Assembly (NCBI GenBank): GCA_964514225.1 | Contig: CAZEPT010000002.1 | Coordinates: 1 to 32,169, forward strand | Length of the DNA: 32,169 nucleotides | Reading direction: 5' to 3' | Origin: an uncultured Candidatus Saccharibacteria bacterium | GTDB lineage: Bacteria; Patescibacteriota; Minisyncoccia; Phycocordibacterales; UBA9973 | Part shown: piece after piece, positions 1-7,129 of the stretch | How the letters are laid out: each line of letters opens with the position of its first letter | Position numbering within the stretch: the stretch's first letter is position 1 | Notes under the pieces: model-generated | The model's database searches: none | Told to the model about the DNA's origin: nothing | Seen by the model: only the letters and a program-made list of their open reading frames with translations | Made by a program: the position numbers and the translations under genes

Positions 1-227
1 TTTTTGAGTCCGAACTGTATGGGAGTAAATATGAAGTTAAAGAAAAGATTGAGCGCAAATGGCAAAGCGACCATCCAAGAAATTTTTCCTGTAAATGCTT
101 TGTAAAATACTGCGCCAAAAGAGATAGCAATGAGTACGTAGAGTACGGTCCATACTGGCCCGAACAACCATGAAGGTGGAGCCCATGATGGTTTAATAAG
201 AGATGAGTACCAGTTATATGTAGACAT
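1..227 (-). CDS. tspO: TspO/MBR family tryptophan-rich sensory protein (N-terminal ~75 aa; the rest runs off the window)
   Basis: Not in the ORF track. The reverse complement of 1-227 reads MSTYNWYSSLIKPSWAPPSWLFGPVWTVLYVLIAISFGAVFYKAFTGKISWMVALPFALNLFFNFIFTPIQFGLK, with the ATG at 225-227. W..L.KPSW.PP.W.FGPVWT.LY is the TspO signature. Confidence 0.8.
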   Translation of the reverse strand, partial: MSTYNWYSSLIKPSWAPPSWLFGPVWTVLYVLIAISFGAVFYKAFTGKISWMVALPFALNLFFNFIFTPIQFGLK

Positions 228-233
228 ACCTCT

Positions 234-241
234 ATTCTACA
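234..241 (-). promoter_or_regulatory. -10-like box TGTAGAAT, 6 nt upstream of the tspO ATG
   Basis: The minus strand reads TGTAGAAT-agaggt-ATG. The agagg could instead be a very close SD. Confidence 0.35.
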
Positions 242-321
242 CCATCGTTAGTGAAAAAACATGCATTTCATGTGTTTTTAAAATACACACTATGATGGAA
301 TATACAAAACTATAACCTTGA

Positions 322-330
322 TGTTATACT
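322..330 (+). promoter_or_regulatory. Extended -10 promoter TGtTATACT, 6 nt upstream of the crtE ATG (leaderless-type)
   Basis: tgttatact at 322-330, spacer gggcta, ATG at 337. No SD. Confidence 0.45.
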
Positions 331-336
331 GGGCTA

Positions 337-1359
337 ATGAATTTTGGAGAATTTCGCACATGGTTTGACGAACAGTTTTCGTTTTTATTGGAAAAAAAAA
401 TTAGAGATTTTATAGCCCACGGTAAAAATTCAGATATTACACCTATTGTTTCCTATATAACCTCCATTGCCAAAAATGGAAAACGATTTCGTCCTTTTTT
501 AGTTTATAGTGCGAGTAATCTCAACAAGAAAAACGCTAACGACCATTTTCTCTTATTTGCCAGTGTTGAGCTCCTTCATATTTTTGCTCTTATTCACGAT
601 GACATTATGGATGAAGCAGATATGAGGCACGGGGTTATTTGTGCACATAAAAAATTTACTGCTAAGTACGGAAAAACAACCAGTCAATCAATTGGAATCC
701 TTTTGGGCGATCTAGTATTCGCATGGGCATACGAATGCCTTTTTGAATACACTTCATTATTCCCTAATACTCATCATCGTATTACTCAAGAATTTACTCA
801 ACTCGTGAGTGAAGTTACTTATGGTCAAATACTCGACGTATTATCACCTTCACAAAAACCACTTGAAGAAAAAGCTATTCTTGAAAAAATGATTCTTAAA
901 ACTGCCCGATATTCTTTTGTCCGACCTCTTCTGTTGGGCTTTGTTCTTTCTGGTGATCAAACCACAGACCACGAGTTTGCGGAAAAATTCGGCCTAGCTC
1001 TTGGAATTGGATTTCAACTTCAAGATGATCTTCTTGACACCTTACCTACTGAAAAAACAGGAAAGTCTCAATTTTCTGACATCCAAAACAAAAACCAAAC
1101 TCTTCTGTCTCACTACCTATTTCAATCAAAACCAGAATATAGTAATAAACTCATGCTTTTTTGGGGAAAAACATTAGTTGATGAAAACGACAGACAATCA
1201 CTTACTCACATACTTGTAAACAGCGGGGCAATAGACTACATTAAAAAACTCACTACAGAGTATTTTAACAAAGCTCAAACCACAGTTACTGAGAGAGATG
1301 ACTCTGATCAACCTCGATGGAAATCTATCATCGAACTTATTGAAAACCGAAAAAAATAA
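337..1359 (+). CDS. crtE: trans-polyprenyl diphosphate synthase, probable geranylgeranyl diphosphate synthase
   Basis: 340-aa ORF. Has the first Asp-rich motif LIHDDIMDEADMRHG and the second FQLQDDLLD. It is the first gene of a tight synthase/desaturase run. Chain length is inferred, not shown. Confidence 0.85.
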   Translation: MNFGEFRTWFDEQFSFLLEKKIRDFIAHGKNSDITPIVSYITSIAKNGKRFRPFLVYSASNLNKKNANDHFLLFASVELLHIFALIHDDIMDEADMRHGVICAHKKFTAKYGKTTSQSIGILLGDLVFAWAYECLFEYTSLFPNTHHRITQEFTQLVSEVTYGQILDVLSPSQKPLEEKAILEKMILKTARYSFVRPLLLGFVLSGDQTTDHEFAEKFGLALGIGFQLQDDLLDTLPTEKTGKSQFSDIQNKNQTLLSHYLFQSKPEYSNKLMLFWGKTLVDENDRQSLTHILVNSGAIDYIKKLTTEYFNKAQTTVTERDDSDQPRWKSIIELIENRKK

Positions 1360-1360
1360 T

Positions 1361-2203
1361 ATGCTCACATTAGCTGAAATAGACCCGCGAATAATCATTA
1401 AAAAATACGGAACTGGGTACTACCGGGCGTCATTTCTCTTTCCAAAAGAAATAAGAGAAGCCACATGGAAATACTATCAGTTTGTTCGAATTGCGGATGA
1501 ACTTGTTGATGCAGACCAAGTTTATGATAAAAAAAATGAGCTCGACAAACTAAGAAACGAATGGAAAAAAACCCAATCTTCTGCAAGTACTTTTAATTTT
1601 CTTAATCAATACAAAGCTGTTGTAGACAAGTACAACATCCCCACAAGTTACACCGAGGTTTTTTTTAATTCAATGGAACAAGATTTATATGTCAGCACAT
1701 ACGAAACATACGCTGATTTAGAGAACTATATGCATGGATCTGCTGTTGTTGTTGGATATACGATGAGTCATCTTATTGGTTTCAAAGAGGGGGCTCTCGT
1801 TCACGCAAAAGCACTCGGAGAAGCATTCCAAATGACAAATTTTCTTCGTGACATACGAGAGGATTATGAAGACCGAGGCCGGATATATATTCCAAAAGAA
1901 GATATGGTGCGTTTTGGTGTGACTCCTGATCATATTGCAAACCACATCCAAGATGACGCATGGCGTGCCTTGATGAAGTTTGAGATAACCAGAACAAGAA
2001 AACTTTATGAGATCGGACTAGCTGGAATACCCATGCTGGATAAACACGGTAGACGAGCAGTGTATGCTGCAATGCTCATCTATAAAGAGATACTCAATAC
2101 AATCGAACTGCGTGATTACGATATTTTTTCTAAACGCATTACAGTTAGTCCAATCCGCAAAACGATGATACTATTGAAAGTACTATGGAGAATAAAACTG
2201 TAA
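1361..2203 (+). CDS. crtB: phytoene synthase (squalene/phytoene synthase family; a C30 CrtM-type is not excluded)
   Basis: ORF 1298-2203 trimmed to ATG 1361, one nt after the crtE stop (1357-1359). Motifs YYQFVRIADELVD and GEAFQMTNFLRDIREDYEDRGRIYIPKED. Confidence 0.85.
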   Translation: MLTLAEIDPRIIIKKYGTGYYRASFLFPKEIREATWKYYQFVRIADELVDADQVYDKKNELDKLRNEWKKTQSSASTFNFLNQYKAVVDKYNIPTSYTEVFFNSMEQDLYVSTYETYADLENYMHGSAVVVGYTMSHLIGFKEGALVHAKALGEAFQMTNFLRDIREDYEDRGRIYIPKEDMVRFGVTPDHIANHIQDDAWRALMKFEITRTRKLYEIGLAGIPMLDKHGRRAVYAAMLIYKEILNTIELRDYDIFSKRITVSPIRKTMILLKVLWRIKL

Positions 2204-3690
2204 CTATTATTGGTGCTGGGATTGGTGGCATGGCTCTTGCGTGCATGGTTGGGATAGCTGGATACAAAGTAACTGTTGTTGAAAAAAACGAAATGACTGG
2301 TGGTCGTGCGCGCATATTTTCAGACACGGGATTCACCTTCGATATGGGACCGAGCTGGTACATGATGCCTGATGTATTTGAACATTTTTTTGAAATCTTG
2401 GGTGAAGATATCACGCACTACTACACACTTGAAAGACTTTCACCTTCATACCAAATCACACTCAAAAGCGACGGTAAAAACTATACCTTTTATTCTGACA
2501 TGCAAAAAAATAAAGAATTATTCGAATCTATCGAGCCCGGTGCTGGTGCAGTACTTGAGGAATTCCTTATGCAAGGGAAAGAACAATATGAACTCTCAAA
2601 AGCAGAATTCATGTACAAAAACTATAATTCTATTCGAGACTTCATGACACTTCGTGTCATGCGCCAAGGGGCAAAGCTTCCACTGTTCAAAAAACAAAAA
2701 CAGATAATTGAGAAAAAATTTAAGAGTGAAATCCTTCGTAAAGCACTCCAATATCAGACTGTACTTTTAGGAACTGCTCCTGGAGATACCCCAGGTATTT
2801 ATACTCTTATGAATTATGTAGATTTAGTGCTTGGTGAATGGTACCCTAGCGGAGGTATTAGGTCTATTCCAGAAGCGCTAGAAACTATTGCAAAAAAATA
2901 CGGTGTGCAGATACTCTTGAACTCACCGGTCAAAAAAATCCTTATTACAGAAAATCACGCGACAGGAGTTCTTCTGCAAAACAACACGACTCTTCTCTCT
3001 GACCTTGTTGTTTCAAATGCAGATGTTGAACATACAGACAGAACATTACTCCCAAAAGAGTACCAAACAAAATCTAATGCATATTGGGAATCACGAGTAC
3101 TAGCTCCAAGTGCCTTCATTTTATACCTCGGAATACAAGGTAAAATTCCACAAATGCAACACCACAACCTTCTTTTTACAAAAAACTGGGAACATGGATT
3201 TTCTCAAATTTTTAAATCACCTGAATGGCCGGACGATCCATCTATGTACATTTGTATGCCCTCAAAAACTGACGAGAGTATTGCTCCAAGTGACCATGAA
3301 AATCTTTTTGTTCTTGTACCTATTGCATCAGGACTGACGTACGACGATGCATTTGTAGAAACGTATGGTGATAAAGTACTCAAAGAAATTGCACAGTACT
3401 ACAACATTCCAGACCTTCTGGAACGAGTTGTTGTTCGACACAGCTACAGTGTGAAAAACTTTATTAATGACTACAACGCTTTTAAAGGAACTGCACTTGG
3501 ACTAGCACACACACTTGGACAGACAGCAATTTTTCGACCAAACAATATTCACAAGAAAATAGATAATCTTTTTTATGTCGGAGCGGGAACGAATCCTGGT
3601 ATAGGTATGCCGATATGTCTTATTTCTGCTGAACTCGCATATAAACGTATCGAAAAAATTAAACACCCCTTCCCTCTCAAAAAAATCTAA
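2185..3690 (+). CDS. crtI: phytoene desaturase, CrtI family FAD-dependent oxidoreductase
   Basis: 501 aa. N-terminal Rossmann motif VTIIGAGIGGMALA and C-terminal FYVGAGTNPGIGMPICL typical of CrtI/CrtN/CrtD. Overlaps the crtB stop by 19 nt. Confidence 0.85.
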   Translation: MENKTVTIIGAGIGGMALACMVGIAGYKVTVVEKNEMTGGRARIFSDTGFTFDMGPSWYMMPDVFEHFFEILGEDITHYYTLERLSPSYQITLKSDGKNYTFYSDMQKNKELFESIEPGAGAVLEEFLMQGKEQYELSKAEFMYKNYNSIRDFMTLRVMRQGAKLPLFKKQKQIIEKKFKSEILRKALQYQTVLLGTAPGDTPGIYTLMNYVDLVLGEWYPSGGIRSIPEALETIAKKYGVQILLNSPVKKILITENHATGVLLQNNTTLLSDLVVSNADVEHTDRTLLPKEYQTKSNAYWESRVLAPSAFILYLGIQGKIPQMQHHNLLFTKNWEHGFSQIFKSPEWPDDPSMYICMPSKTDESIAPSDHENLFVLVPIASGLTYDDAFVETYGDKVLKEIAQYYNIPDLLERVVVRHSYSVKNFINDYNAFKGTALGLAHTLGQTAIFRPNNIHKKIDNLFYVGAGTNPGIGMPICLISAELAYKRIEKIKHPFPLKKI

Positions 3691-4571
3691 ATTACATTTT
3701 TTATAAAAAGTTCAATCGACACAAGTGCTCCGACGCTTGTATTAATAAGTGGGAAATATGTGTATATCTTAAAGAGCGCTGCATCTGAACGTGCTTGACT
3801 TGAACGCCACATAAAATAAGAAAATGTGATCAGACCTGCAATACTCGCGAATGGAATACTCTCAAACACTAAGTACGCAGCTAAAACATACAAAAACCAA
3901 CAAAAATAAATAGTTCGCTTTGCGCCAATAATAATGGCGATTGTTTTAAGTTTTGCCGCAATATCTGCTTGAATATCAGGAACAGCGCTGTATGCGTGCA
4001 TCGCGACTGCCCAAGAAACACCCGCGATCACTCCAATCACAGGGAAGCCAATTCCACCAGCAAGATAGTACCCAAACACACCTGTTGCAACATAGTGCCC
4101 CGCAGAAAAAAGTGAGTCGATAACCGGACGAGCTTTCGCACGTATTGGTGGTGCCGAGTAAAAGAATGCAAAAAAAAGGAAAATTATAAACGAAAGCATT
4201 GTTTCTCGGGCTGAGGGAACAAAAAACAAAAATGGTATATTAGTTAGCCCAATCCACACCCAGAGCATCCGGTTTTTCTCCGGGGTTACTAATTCTTCGT
4301 ACGTTCCCTTTTTTGGATTCAGTTTATCTGTTTCGTAATCAAACATATCGTTAACACCATAAATCAAAATATTTGCGGGAATGAGGAAATAAAATGCAAA
4401 TATCCAATAGTGCCATTGTGTAAAAAATGATAACCCTTGCATTGCACCAACTGCTCCAACGAGACCAAATGTTGCGGCTTCATACAACCAAAATCGAGGA
4501 CGTGAAATACGTAAAACTTCATATATGTTCATACGCTGTAGTATATCATCAAATATCAATTTACTTTTCAT
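3687..4571 (-). CDS. UbiA-family integral-membrane prenyltransferase (candidate lycopene-elongase-type enzyme)
   Basis: 294 aa and polytopic. Asp-rich motif NDMFDYETDKLNPKK after TM2. Convergent with crtI, with stop codons overlapping in CTAA at 3687-3690. Confidence 0.7.
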   Translation of the reverse strand: MKSKLIFDDILQRMNIYEVLRISRPRFWLYEAATFGLVGAVGAMQGLSFFTQWHYWIFAFYFLIPANILIYGVNDMFDYETDKLNPKKGTYEELVTPEKNRMLWVWIGLTNIPFLFFVPSARETMLSFIIFLFFAFFYSAPPIRAKARPVIDSLFSAGHYVATGVFGYYLAGGIGFPVIGVIAGVSWAVAMHAYSAVPDIQADIAAKLKTIAIIIGAKRTIYFCWFLYVLAAYLVFESIPFASIAGLITFSYFMWRSSQARSDAALFKIYTYFPLINTSVGALVSIELFIKNVI

Positions 4572-4667
4572 AAATTCACACTAAAAATTTCGGTACTCTT
4601 CACGCGCAAAGAGAGATCCTACACTCCTTAAGGTATCGTTAGATATTTTTGTTTTTAAGGAAAGGAC

Positions 4668-4676
4668 TGCTATAGT
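4668..4676 (+). promoter_or_regulatory. Extended -10 promoter TGcTATAGT, 6 nt upstream of the ATG
   Basis: tgctatagt at 4668-4676, spacer aaatac, ATG at 4683. Confidence 0.45.
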
Positions 4677-4682
4677 AAATAC

Positions 4683-5246
4683 ATGGAATCAATCGAAATA
4701 TTTTTTGGAAATTATAAAATACCCCTTACAGTGCTTCATGTTCTTTCAGTAGTATGTGGCATGGGTGCAGCACTCGTATCAGATTTTTTATTTAATTTCT
4801 ATACTAAAGATAAAGAACTTTCAAAAACTGAAATCTCCACATTATCAACTTTATCAAAAGTAGTACTCATTACTCTTCCTTTAATTATGCTTACTGGAGC
4901 TGGAATTTTTTTAAGTAATACAGATAAATACCTACACTCAGCTAAGTTTCTAGTTAAAATGACACTTATGGCTATCCTCCTTATAAATGGATTTATCTTA
5001 GATAAGTACATTTGGTCCCATTTACTCAATAAAAAATTTTTTACATCTCCAAACGAAAAAAAGTTTAGGATGCTCTCGTTTATATGTGGATCAACCTCAA
5101 TTATTACTTGGCTCTTTATTTGTACCCTAGGGGTGCTCGACAGTGTAACACTTTCTTATTGGCAACTTTTTGGAATTTATTCAGTGCTTCTTTTGGGATC
5201 GTTTCCAATCGCTCTCGCACTTGAATTTAAAGAATTTGGAAAATAA
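4683..5246 (+). CDS. hypothetical integral membrane protein (about 5 TM), no recognisable motif
   Basis: 187-aa ORF with five hydrophobic segments. Divergent from the UbiA gene and has its own -10 box. Confidence 0.6.
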   Translation: MESIEIFFGNYKIPLTVLHVLSVVCGMGAALVSDFLFNFYTKDKELSKTEISTLSTLSKVVLITLPLIMLTGAGIFLSNTDKYLHSAKFLVKMTLMAILLINGFILDKYIWSHLLNKKFFTSPNEKKFRMLSFICGSTSIITWLFICTLGVLDSVTLSYWQLFGIYSVLLLGSFPIALALEFKEFGK

Positions 5247-5257
5247 CACACTCCGTA

Positions 5258-6487
5258 TTATTTTTTGATAAAATTCTTATCTCGCTTGAGCTTGTGAAAG
5301 GTTATTGCAAAACGGTGCGACTCACTATTGGCGAGTAAAATTTCTTTCTTATACTCTTTAGTAAGTATCTTGTCTCCTAAAATATCTTTTGGCTTGTGTT
5401 GTTCATCTTTCAAAACTGAAACGACAGGAATCTTCAGCTGGTAGAACTTGAGAACCTGTTCAGTAACGTTAATTTGAGCGATACCTCCATCGACAACAAC
5501 TAACTCTGGTAAACCCCATTCTATGTGCCTAAAACGCCGCATGAGGACCTCATGAAGGGCTCCAGTGTCATTTGCACCAGTCTGAGACCTGATGATGAAT
5601 TTCTTATATTCGGTCTTATCAACTTCCCTGTTTTGAATGACGGTCATAACCCCAACCATCTCTTTTCCGCCCAAATGAGCAATATCATAGGATTCTATCC
5701 GAAAACTCTTATCGTCAATTCTTGATCCAAAAAAGTCAGATTTAATCACAGCAATATCATTGATATGTTCAAGTGCGAAAATCTGTTTTTTAATAAGATT
5801 GGCTTCTTCAAACTTCAATGCCTTGGCTTTAGCTTGCATGTCTTTCTTTAAATCACTGATGATTTTCTTTTTCTTACCTTGGAAAAAGAGCACGATATGC
5901 TTGATGTTTTCTTTGTACTTGTTGAGCGCTTCAGTGTTGGTCGTATCGGGTGTCAGTCCAAGTTGTTTATAAAATTCGTATGTGTCTTTCTGAATAGCTT
6001 TTCGATCGATATACGGAAAAATACGCCTGATGATCCGGAGTCCTTCTAAGATAGCACTCCCACTCGTAAATGGACCGAAGGCATACTTTGGTTTGAGTGT
6101 CGAAAGTTCTTTTTCAATTTTCAGATTCCGTCCACGAATGAGCTCAATGCGTGGGATGGGGTCATTTGTGATAATGACGTAATTAAAACTCTTATCGTCT
6201 TTTTCTTTTGTGTTGTACTTCGGCTTATACCGCTTGATAAGCTCAGCTTCTAAAAGAAGGGCCTCAAGTGCAGTGTCAGTCACTTCAAAATCAATACTCG
6301 TTGCAAGCGCAACCATATCAGCCACAGAGACACTCCGAGTTTCAATCAGATCTTTGACAAAGTAGCTCCGGGTACGATCACGGAGCGATGTCGCTTTCCC
6401 AATATACAAAATATCCCCTCCTTTCTTAAACAGATACACCCCTGGCTTATCAGGAAGTGCTCTTTCTTTCAGGTGTTGACTATTCAT
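5258..6487 (-). CDS. uvrC: excinuclease ABC subunit C, short form lacking the C-terminal HhH2 domain
   Basis: GIY-YIG motif (GVYLFKKGGDILYIGKATSLRDRTRSYF), UVR coiled coil (KALKFEEANLIKKQIFALEHI) and C-terminal endonuclease core (YDIAHLGG ... VVVDGG ... HRFAITFH). Start moved to ATG 6487 because the upstream ATG 6496 lies inside the -10 box. Confidence 0.9.
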   Translation of the reverse strand: MNSQHLKERALPDKPGVYLFKKGGDILYIGKATSLRDRTRSYFVKDLIETRSVSVADMVALATSIDFEVTDTALEALLLEAELIKRYKPKYNTKEKDDKSFNYVIITNDPIPRIELIRGRNLKIEKELSTLKPKYAFGPFTSGSAILEGLRIIRRIFPYIDRKAIQKDTYEFYKQLGLTPDTTNTEALNKYKENIKHIVLFFQGKKKKIISDLKKDMQAKAKALKFEEANLIKKQIFALEHINDIAVIKSDFFGSRIDDKSFRIESYDIAHLGGKEMVGVMTVIQNREVDKTEYKKFIIRSQTGANDTGALHEVLMRRFRHIEWGLPELVVVDGGIAQINVTEQVLKFYQLKIPVVSVLKDEQHKPKDILGDKILTKEYKKEILLANSESHRFAITFHKLKRDKNFIKK

Positions 6488-6494
6488 TGGATGC

Positions 6495-6503
6495 ATTATA
6501 TCA
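6495..6503 (-). promoter_or_regulatory. Extended -10 promoter TGaTATAAT for uvrC
   Basis: The minus strand reads TGATATAAT-gcatcca-ATG(6487). Confidence 0.5.
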
Positions 6504-6528
6504 TGAGTTCAAACAAAACTTAACAATT

Positions 6529-7026
6529 ATGAATATAATTTCTATTATTCAAGAAATCACCGTACAAGCGCTCATTGCCGTATTGATTTGTATCCCGCTT
6601 TTTATAGCATCAGCTATAACGGTCATCTACATAGACTCACTTGCTAATTGTTGGAGATATCTAAAACGAGACCAAAACAAGAACAAGGATGTGGAGATAC
6701 CACCTGAACCAAATATAGTATACGACCCTTTCCGCGGAGAAATGACACCAGTACTTTCCCTGAAACAGATACCAGCCATATTTTATGCTGGGACATTTAT
6801 TTTACAACTGTTTCCAATTGTGAATACGTTTATGCTGATTCACTCGGTTCTGCCTTTTTTTGAAATCCTCAAAAACATACGCAGGAATCCGCATTTAACA
6901 ATGCGTAGTGCTCAATATTATCTCAAAAAAAACCCTGAGGTACAGTCGAAGTTGTATCACAGTGTGATTTTACAATTTATCCTCAAGTATGGATTCGCAG
7001 CGCGATTTCGTCTTCTTTTTCTTTAA
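6529..7026 (+). CDS. hypothetical membrane protein
   Basis: ORF 6457-7026 trimmed to ATG 6529, since the upstream part overlaps the uvrC start and promoter. Has an N-terminal TM and a second hydrophobic block. Followed by a terminator. Confidence 0.6.
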   Translation: MNIISIIQEITVQALIAVLICIPLFIASAITVIYIDSLANCWRYLKRDQNKNKDVEIPPEPNIVYDPFRGEMTPVLSLKQIPAIFYAGTFILQLFPIVNTFMLIHSVLPFFEILKNIRRNPHLTMRSAQYYLKKNPEVQSKLYHSVILQFILKYGFAARFRLLFL

Positions 7027-7035
7027 AACCTTTTT

Positions 7036-7075
7036 ATGTCCTAGAACTGACTTATCAGAGCTAGGACATTTTTTA
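7036..7075 (+). terminator. Rho-independent terminator
   Basis: atgtcctag (7036-7044) pairs with ctaggacat (7061-7069). Inner ctga/tcag stem, then a T-run. Confidence 0.7.
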
Positions 7076-7129
7076 TTGACTTATTTTCTTATTTATTATA
7101 CTGTGTAGTTAAATCAAAAAAATTACATC

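Noticed and set aside
1298-1360. 21-aa extension of crtB overlapping the end of crtE
   Set aside because: An ATG at 1361, one nt after the crtE stop, gives a normal phytoene-synthase N-terminus and typical operon packing.
4683-5246. Assigning the 5-TM protein to HemJ/CopD-like or CruF/CrtY-type families
   Set aside because: Only topology and size are vaguely similar. I could not find the conserved motifs of those families, so it stays hypothetical.
5247-5257. Missing terminator between the convergent 5-TM gene and uvrC (only 11 nt apart)
   Set aside because: The observation is real, but the spacer is too short to hold any element. I could not identify convincing intragenic hairpins, so I claim no feature.
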